Assembly: GCA_001643675.2 (NCBI GenBank)
Contig: LSRY02000007.1
Location: forward strand, 1,736,001 to 1,800,000
Origin: Monocercomonoides exilis PA203
Taxonomy: Eukaryota > Protista > Preaxostyla
Direction of reading: 5' to 3'
Length of the DNA: 64,000 bases
Within the stretch, counting starts at the first letter, position 1. Every line of letters starts with the position of its first letter. Under the pieces are notes generated by a model, which was given only the letters and a program-made list of their open reading frames with translations, was not told where the DNA came from and made no database searches. This document shows positions 51,036-62,821 of this stretch, in pieces. Made by a program: the position numbers and the translations under genes.

Positions 51036-52699
51036 ATATGGGTGATTTTTTTTTGATTTCATAAAAAATTCCGAAGTTTGATCATAAACTTATTTCATTA
51101 AGGGTGGGGTGATTAGAGAATTTTCAATTGAAATCACATGCAAATAAAGTTTAATATATCATTTTTAAATTTTATTAGTTGTTTTTAATTCATTTCAAAT
51201 TGTTTTTATCACAGATTTTCAAAAAAACATAAAAAATGATTCGAAAAAATCAAAGCTTCTTTGAACAGTACAAAACTAGTGTATTCTGGTTTAAAAAACA
51301 TGATCGCAATAATAACGATAACGTAATAAAATAATCTCATTTCCAAATATATGTTAAACAATGTTTTTGAAAAAGAATAGAATGAGATGAGTTGAAATCA
51401 ATACATATTTAAGCAAATCAATCTATTTTAACAGTTGATTCACCTTCGTTCTCTTCCCTTTCAACTGTTTCGTATCTTTCTTTTCTGAAAAAAGAAAATT
51501 TTTTGTTTCATGTTCATTCCACTCTCATCATCCAAAAACTGCTTTTTCCAAAAATAAGACATCCCATTTCCTTCCCAATCCCTTCACCCTGAGCACTTTC
51601 CATATGAATTCGCTCTCCCAACTCGGTGGTCATCCTGCATAATGAGATATCCGCTTTCATTCATTTTCATTCATTTCCGCCTCCTGCCCTGAAAGAAACA
51701 CAAAAACAGTCAACAGGTTAATATTCATATAAAGAAAAATAAATAAATACCAGACTGCCCTTCGGCTGTTTTTTGCCAAACACACTCATCTCCACAGCCA
51801 TCATCATTCCAAAAACTCAATCTCTTCATTTCAGCCTCAGAATGGTCAAATTGCAGCATGGAATGCATCTCCATAAAACACATCGTGTATCCCACTGGAG
51901 GGGCTTTTCAGCCCGTACACATTGTGGTGGATGTCAGAGGTGTTTTTCTGTTTTTGGCATGATCATCTCCTTTAATAATATTCTCAACCATCCAAAGAAG
52001 TATTTGAGGTTTATCTCACCAACACATGGCACATGAGGGATGTGGGGCAGAGAAGAAATGGAAGAATTTTTTTTGTGGCAGGGAGTAGAAGTTGGGTGTT
52101 TTTTTGGAATGTTAATATTTCGAGAGGGGTTTTTGAATGAAAGAAATTCTGAGACAAGGGGGTGGCGAAGAGGAAGTGGAGATTTTGAGCAGATAATATA
52201 GTAAATATATAGAGAGGTGGCTGAGGATGGTGAGGAAGATATTTGAGACAAATTGGAGAAATGGAATTTGAAAAAAAGGAAAAGAGGGCAAAAGCGGGAC
52301 AGAAGATGAATATTCTGAAGTGTTAGATCGGAAGTGGAGTATTTTTAATGAGAGGAGAAGATTTTATGGAAGAAAATGGGAAAGATGAAGAAAAGGAGGG
52401 GATTGATATTGTCTGATGATTTTGAGGGTTGAATGGAAGAGGTTAAATGGAAGAGGAAGGAAATTGAAAAAAATCAACATTTTCAATTTTTGAAGAGAAA
52501 GGAGATGAAATTGCAAAAAGAAAGTGAGTTAATTTGAAGAAATCAAGCTTTGTTGATTAATTACAGAATATCAGCCAAAATATTTGCAATTTGGATTATT
52601 GTTTCCTTGTGAAGTTAACTTGTTTTATATAGCATTGCATCAATCGCCAACATCACATGAAACATATCAACTTCTTCACTAAATTTATTGGAATATAAA

Positions 52700-55461
52700 T
52701 GGATTGCTCAATCACCATAAAAATTTATTTTCATCATCATCTCATCTTCTTCACCTTATTTCTCATCTTCCTCATCATTTCCTTCTTCCTCACCTTCTCC
52801 AAATTCTTTGATTTCTTCTTCTTCTTCTTCTTCTCCTTTTCCTTCTTCTTCTTCTTCAAAAACAGCAGCAGTCAAATTCTACAAGAAAGAAAACGTAAAT
52901 AACGATACATCTTCATCTTCCTCTTCATTCGAACAGTCAGAAGTGAATTCATCACAAGAAGGAGCCGAAAAAGCAGAAATTGACGAAATCATCGAAGACT
53001 TCAAAAGAAAACATGCGCCGCGTCTACCTCTTCCTGTGATTCTTCCTCCACAAGAAGCAACTCTTCAGAATTCGTCTTATGTGCCTCGAAAAAAAGACTG
53101 AGAAAAAGCAATCAAAATTCAACACATACCTTTTTTACTCATTCAATTGCTGACATTGGCACAGGCACAGGCACATCTCCTTCTTCATTACCCAATGAAT
53201 CTTTACTTTCTCTTCATCAGCCATTTCCTTCTCCCTCTCCTTCATCTTCTTCTTCCTCATCTTCTCCAGCAGTAACTGACCTTTCTCTCCATCCCAAACC
53301 ACCTCATCGTTCTGAAATTGCAACGGTTCGCCGCATAAGAGCAATGCATCCTCTCCTCCTCCGACGCTATCTCAACCGCTGTGCACAAGTAGCTGCTGCT
53401 TCTGGTGCTTCACGTTCTTCTTCTTCTTCCTCTTTCTCCTCCTCTTCTTCTTCCTCATTGCTTCGTTCTTCAAGAAACAGATTTCTGACAGGCGAAGAGC
53501 AGCAGACGAGGAGGATGAGGCTGCAGTTCGGAAGAAGAAGGAAAAGACAATACCTTGTTCTCCCTTCAGATGTGTTTGAGGCGCTGCCGCTGTGTGCAGA
53601 GTTTCGGATAATGGAGCGATATGCGAAGTATCTGGAATAGAGGAAAAGAGAAAGAAAGAATGAAGCAAGGAACAAGAAAAGAAAGGATAAAAAGGACAAG
53701 AGAAATGATTAAGATGAGGAAGGTGTTGATATCTGCAAATGATAAAGATTAAAATGATGAAGAAAAAGAAAAATAAGTTTGATCAGATGAAAACAAGAGT
53801 TTATCATTGGTTAGAAGAAATTCTTTGAAGGAACCGAAGAAAAATGAAGAAACTAAATGCCTTTCCTACAGCTCCATCTTCAACCATGAAGATAGGAGAA
53901 GAATGATGAGGCACAAACAAAAAGAAAAACAGAGGTTGATGCGAAGGTGTTACTAGGCGCTTGAGCTTCAGCGTGATTCTGTTGTGAATGAGGTGCTTTT
54001 GATGGTCAGACCAAACCTTCTGCTTTCTCCAGCTCCGATTGACGATCAATTAAAAGACCAGGAATTAATGTGAGTGCTTCAAAAATGAGGGTGATGGCGA
54101 AAAGGATGAGAAAGAAGAGAAAGAATGGAATAATTCTTTGAATGAAAATGGAAACAAGGAAGAAGTTGAAGGAGATGAAGATGATGGAAAAGATGAGGAA
54201 AAGAAGTGATTTTGATGGATTCAATGAACAACGACGAAAACGAAGAAGTGATATTGGAGGAATCAATGAACAATCCCAAAGAAGCTGCTTCAAAAGCAAA
54301 GAAAATAAAACGGAAGCAGAAAAGAATTCAAACACCAAAGAATCAATAAAGAACGGCAGAAAAGACGAAATACATTCAAATGAGCCAAAACCCGAGCCTC
54401 TTTCATCACAAGCACAACAAAAACAGCAGCAACAGAACACAACAACAATTCCATCTCCAACACCATCACCTTCTCCACAGCCGAAACAATATACTTCAGG
54501 AAGAGGCGCCTTTGGAACGATCCACTTTACACGAGGGAAGCGAATGGACGGCGGATGGAGAGGAGTCGGAGGGAGAGCGTTGATTGTGTACAGCCAAGAG
54601 ATGGAGATGGGAAGAGGAGCTGTTGGTGCACCTACAACTCCGCTGTCACCTGCCGTTGGAGGAGGAGGAATTGGAATTGGAGGAGGAGGGGCGACGTTGG
54701 GTGTGATGGGGATAAAAGATTTGAACAAAGAAGTGACAAGGGCGATGCAAGATGAGTTTCAGAATGAGAAAGGGAAAGTGGACGATGAAGAGGCGAAAAT
54801 CACGTTCAATTCATTGGAATCAGATGATCAGAGAGAAAAACTGCTTTGTCTGATGAAACTGCAGGAGACACAGAAGAAGAAGGAGAAAGAAGAGAAAGAG
54901 AGGAGGCTGAAGAAGAAAGAAGAGAGAGAGCTCAGGAAAATGGAGAAAACGACGAAGAAGATAGAGGAAAAAGACAACAATCTATAAAGCAGCATCCAAG
55001 AAATACTACAATCACACCTTGGGACAGGCACACAGATCAACCAGAAAGAGAACAAAATGGCAAGCGATGCGTAACAAGAGGTGAAAGAAAGTCAAACACC
55101 AATTTTGACAAGAGAGCGGAAATTGGACTGCATGCTGAATGATTTAGCCAATTCTGACTTAGAAGATTTGGACAATGAACTGGATGTGCCTTGCCGCTAT
55201 GTGCGTATTAAAAGCGAAAAAAAAAACAGGCAATTTGTGTGGAAGATGCGAAAAGTGCCTGTGTATGCAGCAGTCGACGCGAGGCAGACGAGAACAAGAC
55301 TGGATCTGATGAGTGCGCTGAAGATCGTTTTAAAGCAAAGATGGGCGGAACTGCGAAGAGGAAGCATAAGTGACACTCAGGAAAGGAAGGAAAGGAGCAG
55401 GAAAAGGATAACCGCTGCTGTTTTAGAAGGAGAAAGGGATAAGAACATTCAATCAGAATAG
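52700..55461 (+). pseudogene. Fragmented low-complexity host-like gene(s) inside the GGGTG element
   Basis: A series of plus-strand ORF pieces (52808, 53344, 54142, 55081) with Ser-rich and Glu/Lys-rich composition like host genes, broken by stops; no recognisable domain. Confidence 0.45.
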
Positions 55462-57034
55462 CGTGCCTGGAAGAAGAGATACGTTGTCGAAACTTTTTTC
55501 GTCGCTGTCGTTCTAAAAATTGATGTCTTTCTCCACTTCTCGAATTCAATGGCGATGGATCTGATGCAGAAATGCCCTGCCCTCAATTTTTTTTGCGCCT
55601 ACTGATTCAGCTGCTTATTTTTCTTCAAACACAAACATTTTTCTTCATCCTCTTTCTCACTGCTCTTCTTCACATGTCAATTCTTCATTGTTAGTAAACA
55701 CCCAACAGCAATCTTCTCCTTTCAGAACATTTTTAATCTCCTTCACTGCAATCCCACGCTTAACTCACATCTTCCGATTTTTCTGTTATTCCTGGCTCAC
55801 TTTCTCCGCTATCTGTAATTGCGTCAACTTTGCCTCCTCTTTCATTCAACTCCCCTCGAATTAAGCATCAAGGTACCGTCTTTCTTTCCCATTCAGAAGG
55901 ATAAATCATAATAAATTCAAACATAGAATGCCAACTGAAATCCTGAGACAACTGAAATGATTCTGCATTAAACCAAGAATAGCCGATCATCGGGTGCACA
56001 ATCCAAGAAGATAGAATCTGACTTTTTTCATTTTGAGATGAAAGAATTTCAGAAAACAGAAATAAAAAGGTAGGAAAAGATTTTTTTGAGCAAACAGTTG
56101 CGTGGATGGTTTTTGAGAGATTTCACAATATGATACACTTTTGATGAGTCATTGAAGATGAAACAAAGAGAGAAAGCGGTTTTATTGGAAAATTCAAATT
56201 TGAAGGATAATTCTATGAAGAAGTGGTATCTTCAGCTGAAAAAAAGGTGAAGCGAAAATAACAAAAGAAATGGATATTAAGGAATGCTTGTTGATATAAT
56301 TGAAAAAATGCATTTTGGAAAGAAGAATAAAGAAATCAATAAATATTTTTCATATCAAGTTATTTTTGTTTCAACCTCACAGAATAAGAGAGTCTACGTT
56401 GGAGTGAAAGTGGAGTGGAGGAGGGTGAGGTTAGCTTCTTTGAAAAAACCAAACCCATCGAGGGCACACTCAATTGTCAAGCATGGAGAATGCTGAGGAA
56501 TGCCACAGGCATCAGCATCAGTTCCATTGCTGGAAACGATTTTGTTCTGGGCTATAAGAGGGAGACAGCTGTTAAACTTCGCTTTATCCGATGGTTCACG
56601 ATTTCGTGAAACGTTTGATGAAGCAATTGAACCGAATTAAAAGAATGGAGATTTGTTGGCTGTGCTAAGGCGAAGAAAAAAAAGAAAAATAACTATTAAT
56701 AATAAATTGGTTTCAATAATTATGTTTTCTTTTTTCATTTTTGTTCTTTTTTAAATGTTTTCTATGCAATATTTTGTTTTTCCAGTTTTGAAATATCTGT
56801 TAACCTTTAAAAGATAGATTTTTCAATTTTTTTACTCTTTTTAAAATGAACTTGATCAACAAATCTTTTTCACAAAAAACATAAAAAAGGTATGCTTTTT
56901 TCATATTAATAAATAAAACAAATATATATAACAGCCTTAAAAGCAATATATTTGTCAAAAATCAATTTAATTTTTTGATCAAAGAATACCATTATAGATT
57001 TTATTTTTTCGATTTTTGATCTTATTTTATGATA

Positions 57035-59186
57035 CAGTCTGTCCGTAATTAATGTTGATCTGTCCAAAAATAATGTTGATCAAACCTTCAATTGTGTTCA
57101 ATTTTTAAAACCTTAATATCTGATAATAACAGTGATTAAATATATCTATGAGCAATATTTATTTATTGGATGCTCGAACAACACAAAAAAAATTTATGAT
57201 CACTCAAAATGTCCCAACTGTCGAAGAATATAGTGTCAGGCCAGTCATAATGCCCTTCGCTCATCCCCTGGAAGACAGAATTCACGATGTTATTCGAATG
57301 AGAGCAGAATTGAAGAAAAAAGAAACCGAAGCACATAAAAACGAACAAATACAGAAAGCTAATGATTCTGAAACGTTTATCAACAAAAAACCCTACACTC
57401 CAGCCACATTGGAAAAAAGAAGAAAGCTTACGGATTTGTTTCGTGTTCATGGTCACACAAAAACAGAATCGTGGTATGCCAAAGAATGCTTGCTTACAAC
57501 AATTACAACTGCAAGGTATTTATCAAAGTTGCAGGTTGGTGTGGACATTACACAACCGTTTATAAAAAGAGGAAAAAAAAGAATAGTCGATAATGAAACT
57601 TTGAACAAGATAGTAAGAGAAAAAATGAAACTTAACCCGCTAACAACTTTGAGAAAAGTTGCACACGAAATGACAAATGCAGGCCATTCTATTGGGAAAT
57701 CATCGGTTCATAAAATTTTGACAGAAAGAAACAGCGATACACACAAGTTTCCGTTGTTTTCTTTTAAAAGAATTACTGTGCGACCGTCAGCTGGAAATTC
57801 AGAAGAAAATAAACTCCAAAGAATACACTTCGTGGAGAAGCTTTTCCAATATCAGCGGGACGGTGCTATTCCTTTTTTTATTGACGAGACTTCTTGGAAC
57901 ATAAGCTGCATTAGAAAGTACGGATGGTCGGAAAAGGGGGATAAAGTGCTTGTTCCTCCTCCTCCTTTGTTTCAATCTATCACTGCTATTACTTCAATCT
58001 CAATGAACGGAATGGAATACACAGAAGTGGTTCGAGGAACAATAAACCACGATCTATTTGAAGCGTATTTGAAAAGATTCTTGCTATCCATAAAATCATT
58101 TGAATCTTCAGTTATTGTCATGGACAATGCGTCGATTCATCATGTGAATACTGATGATATTATTTATCAGTCTGGACACAAAGTTCTGTTTAATGCTGCT
58201 TACTCCCCTGATCTAAATCCAATCGAAAACATTTTTGGAATCTGGAAAGCCAAAGTTGAAGAAAACTCGTTGAAATGGGAAGATGAGTCTCATTTTATAT
58301 CAACAATGCTTCAAACTTTTTAGAAAATTTCAGCACGCGAAGTTAGAAAAACAATCATGCATGTGGAAAACGATGTGTGGCCTTTGGTATTGGAAAAAAA
58401 GGATTTGTAATGTTTTTCTAACAATCTTTGACTTTTTTCATTTCAACCAGTTTAAACATTTTCTATATTCACTAATAAAATAAAAGAAAAATTAATAATC
58501 ATGAATATTCTTTGTTTTGTTTTAAAGTTAAAAAAATCGATTGAATTAAAAATGAAAATGATAAAAAAGTTTATATGTTTCATATTTCTCTATTTATAAA
58601 TCGAAATAAAGTCAGACATATTCCAATGATAAAATATACAAACAATAATTGTGAATGTGAATATTCTCTAAAAAATAAAGTAATTCTTGAATAAAAATCA
58701 TGAATGCAAAATATACACCCTCATTGCAAATTTCCTTATGTAGATAAATAAAGTTGAACATAAAATATTTGATTCCGAACCTTCAAGTCAATGTTGATGC
58801 AAAAGGATGGTTAAAATAAAATAGATGAAAGCTCATTCCACTCTTAGGAAGTTTGAAACAAAACATAATTTCAATTTGATAATTTCCTGTTCATAAAAAC
58901 TGAAGGTTATTGAAAGATAAAGAAACAAAAAATAGAAACACAATCTAACATTAATCACAAAGGAACAATCAAAATGAAACGCAAACGTGAATGCAACGTG
59001 TGTATTTTCATTTATTGTATCTCAATTGTCAATCATTTTAAAGAAACAATTAAAAAGAAACCAGTTTGTGAACACTTCTTCTTTTGTTTTCATCCTCTAT
59101 TAATAATGGCTCTGCAATAATTTTTTAACTTTACGGTTTGATCAACATTATTTTTGGACAGATCAACATTAATTACGGACAGACTG
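57035..59186 (+). mobile_element. Tc1/IS630-type transposon, 2152 bp, perfect 52-bp TIRs, TA TSD
   Basis: cagtctgtccgtaattaatgttgatctgtccaaaaataatgttgatcaaacc at 57035-86 and inverted at 59135-86; TA at 57033-34 and 59187-88. Confidence 0.95.
57148..58410 (+). CDS. IS630/Tc1-like DD33E transposase; TAG at 58321-23 probably premature (frame continues 28 aa)
   Basis: HTH NPLTTLRKVA..IGKSSVHKIL; FIDETSW, VMDNASIH, YSPDLNPIENIFGIWK; 33 residues between the second D and E. Confidence 0.9.
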
Positions 59187-59918
59187 TATCAAAAAAAATC
59201 ACCCATATGTTGTTGTGATGAAGTTATATATAATGATTGTTTCATTCTCTTTTGTAATAATATCAAACTTTTTCAACAAATAATGCTGAATGAAGGTGGA
59301 TATTTTTTTCACTCCTTCAACATCAAAGTTTTTTTGTGAACATCTTTTTTTTTTTTGATTTTTGATTGGGAACATAAATTTTTGACTCTCCAGAGCACTT
59401 TTAGAAAAAAAAAATACACTCGAAATCGGATGAAATTACATCGGTTTTTGCATAGCTTTTAATGACTACATCCGATTGTGATAATATTCGATGTGACATT
59501 TCGCTGGAAAAAAAAATGAAAATAAATTTTAGAAATAATTAATTTTTGTTCAATTTTCATATTTTTGGTAATTCTTCACAAATACACTTTATTTTAATTG
59601 TTTCAAAAAATTTTTATCGAAATGCACATTAATTAGACTTATTTAAACACTTTTTTGAAAAATCGAAAAATAGAAAATTTTTATCAAAAATTCGATTTTT
59701 CATCGAAAAAAGCACTCATAATAATATAAAATGTTATTAAACAATTTAAGCTCTGTGATTATATGCGATGGGAAATGAATGAAAAAATGAAAAAATGTCG
59801 GTGCATGGAAAAATGTGACTTTTAATGAACGTGATTGTTTTTGATTTGATTATATCCGGTTTTGACTGTACATAAAAATAGTTATTTATCATCTTATAGA
59901 TCAACAGCAATCTGAATA

Positions 59919-60872
59919 GGGTCAGTAATTTATCATATCCCCACTTTTTTTATCGGGACCTAAATTTTCTGGCTCTCCAGAGCACTTTTAGAAAAAATGA
60001 AATAACAGGAAACCTTCTTAACGCTTTTATTTATTATTCCTGAAAATATATTTTCATTTTTTAATTTTTGTGAAATGATCTGTTATTTTTAGTTTTATTT
60101 TATAGATCAATGACTTGCTCGTGTTTTCACTAGCTTTTTGTTTCAAGAGATTTAAGTATTGTTTGTTATAAACTTCACTTTTTAATGTTTTTGGTTATTT
60201 TTTGATATTTAACGCAACTTTTTATTATCATTATTTCCATTTCACAAAATATCAATGAATTGGATGTTTAATCTGAACAAGAAATAGTTGTGTAATAATT
60301 TCAAAGTCAATTGAAATTGAAAAGAGTTATTAAACAGTTATTTATGCTTTCGATTCTTTATCATTTCAATTATTTTCAAAAATTCGTTTTTATGTGTTTT
60401 CGTTGCATTTTATTAAAGTTACAGAATTGAACATCAATTATTGAGAAAAGCTTATAGTTTTTTTTCAATTATTGTCAATTGACTTTGAAATTATTACACA
60501 ACTATTTCTTGTTCAGATTAAACATCCAATTCATTGATATTTTGTGAAATGGAAATAATGATAATAAAAAGTTGCGTTAAATATCAAAAAATAACCAAAA
60601 ACATTAAAAAGTGAAGTTTATAACAAACAATACTTAAATCTCTTGAAACAAAAAGCTAGTGAAAACACGAGCAAGTCATTGATCTATAAAATAAAACTAA
60701 AAATAACAGATCATTTCACAAAAATTAAAAAATGAAAATATATTTTCAGGAATAATAAATAAAAGCGTTAAGAAGGTTTCCTGTTATTTCATTTTTTCTA
60801 AAAGTGCTCTGGAGAGCCAGAAAATTTAGGTCCCGATAAAAAAAGTGGGGATATGATAAATTACTCACCATG
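59919..60872. mobile_element. Foldback element with 391-bp inverted arms (59924-60314 / 60475-60865) and a 160-bp spacer
   Basis: Arms of equal length with no mismatch noticed on reading; outer ends ta|gggtcagt and actcaccatg|ta resemble Tc1/mariner termini. Confidence 0.85.
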
Positions 60873-62821
60873 TATTCACAAAAACAAAAACAATTATGTT
60901 CTGTAGAAATGTTTGGAGAAGTAAACGTCTAGAAAACAACAATAATACGGTTTAGTATTTATCGAGTTTCTTTTCAATACAATAATCATTTAACATCGAG
61001 TTTTTTGAAAAATTCCTTCAACATGGGACAAAATATTTGATTTCAGACATTTTCATTGAAAAATTATGCATCTTCGATGAACTTTTTGTGATCAAAAAAT
61101 TTGGAAAAAATGGGTCTCTATTTTGAAATACGTGAGATATCACAACACATTTTGTTATTACATCAATGGTGTTTGTTTACAGTAATGAAAATCAAAATTA
61201 TTTTGAATCTGATAATGTTTAATAAAGTTATAAGTGAAATAATTTTTTTATGCTTTGTGCATAAAAAGCTTTAAAGTCCGTATTTTCCCCCACATCATCT
61301 TTTTTTCAACTTTTGAATTTTAAACAACTTTCATCATGCAGTCCAATTGTAGTCCTTCATTTTCACTTTCTTTAAAACATACATGTTTGTGCATAAATTT
61401 GTTTTTTCTCCTCATTCCTCGGTTTCTCTTTAAACATAAATTTGAAAAAAAGTTTAACAGCAGTCATTGCATCATACTTTTCTTTCATCAACAGCTCATT
61501 CTTCATTTTCCAAAAAAATAATTATCAATCAAAAATGACAAAAAATCTTTTTTTTCATAATTGACACATTCACTGAAGGATGATCATGTTTGACAATTCT
61601 GAAGATTCATTTCTCATTAACAGAAGCAATACAACAAAACATAGATTATCTCAAAGAACATGAGATTAATTCCACAAAACAAATGAAGAAAATATGAAAC
61701 ATGATGGAATTGGAGAGATTGTTGAAAGCATTGAAAGAAAATGAAAGAAAGAGAAAATGCTTGATGAACATCAAATACTGAAAGATGATATAGAAGTCAA
61801 TGACAAATGTGAATGATGAAGGAAAAAATGCTTGTAAACAAAAGAAAGAGCCAGTTGATTCCATAAAGTTATTGACAATTGAATTATTTCAAAACGCAAC
61901 GATGGTTTCCATGATGATAAGAAATTCAAATAAATCAACTGTATTTTTTTCTTCCAACAACAATCATCCAAGATGTTCAGATAGAAAAAAAAAGCTACAC
62001 CCTCTTTAAGAATTGAAAAATCACGTTCATCGTGTTTTATCTGCTTCAATGATCGCTTTTCATTCTGAAAATAAAACGGCCATTGCTGACTATATAAAGT
62101 GTTGTGAAAAATTAATGTGTGAGGTACATCAACAAATGAGTTGCACACATAAAAATCAGAAATACAAATAAAAATATTAAAAAACAAGCAAACAAAAAAA
62201 CACGAACAACTCAACCGCTCAGAAAAGAAAAAGTGAGTGAAAGAAATAATTTGTCAAAACATTTGAAGAAGCATATCTCAAAACACAGTTGTTATGTGAC
62301 AAAATATTAAACGCAAAAACAGTGAAGAAACAATCAAACAAAAAAAGATAAGTGAAATCACAAATATCGATGCAAAAAGTGACAAAAGGATTCAAGCAGC
62401 CAACCTGATCATCAAAAGAACATCTCATTAGCAAGAAGACTCCTCAAGATTGATCAGCATTTGAAACCGTCAGCATCACAAAAGCATCAACAAAATGAAG
62501 AGGCGATGTGAAAACTCGAAATGGCTTCCAGGCTTCAGACAGGTGACAAAAATACAAACAAAAATGTGAATTACAACAACAACAACAAAAATAAAATCAA
62601 AATTGATGTGTTTGTGGTGGTGTAATGTTTTTCTTTTCTTTTTTTTTATAGCCAGCGGTCTTTCATTTTCTTTTTTCTCCCCTTCTCCATGCACGGTGAC
62701 AGTTTCTTTTCAACACTGCTTTCTGCAACACCATATTGTTCCAATAGATGGTTCAATGCATCCGCATGCTCATCTGAATTTCATCCCTTCATGCACATTC
62801 TTCTTCATCCATTGCCCTCAT

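Larger units (their letters stand above)
51040..59204. mobile_element. Large non-autonomous GGGTG-family element (~6.0 kb without the Tc1 insert) carrying degraded gene fragments
   Basis: Left gggtga(t)9gatttcataaaa. The right end, after removing the Tc1 insert, reads gggtga(t)8gatatcataaaa on the minus strand. TSD atat at 51036-39 and 59205-08. Confidence 0.75.
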
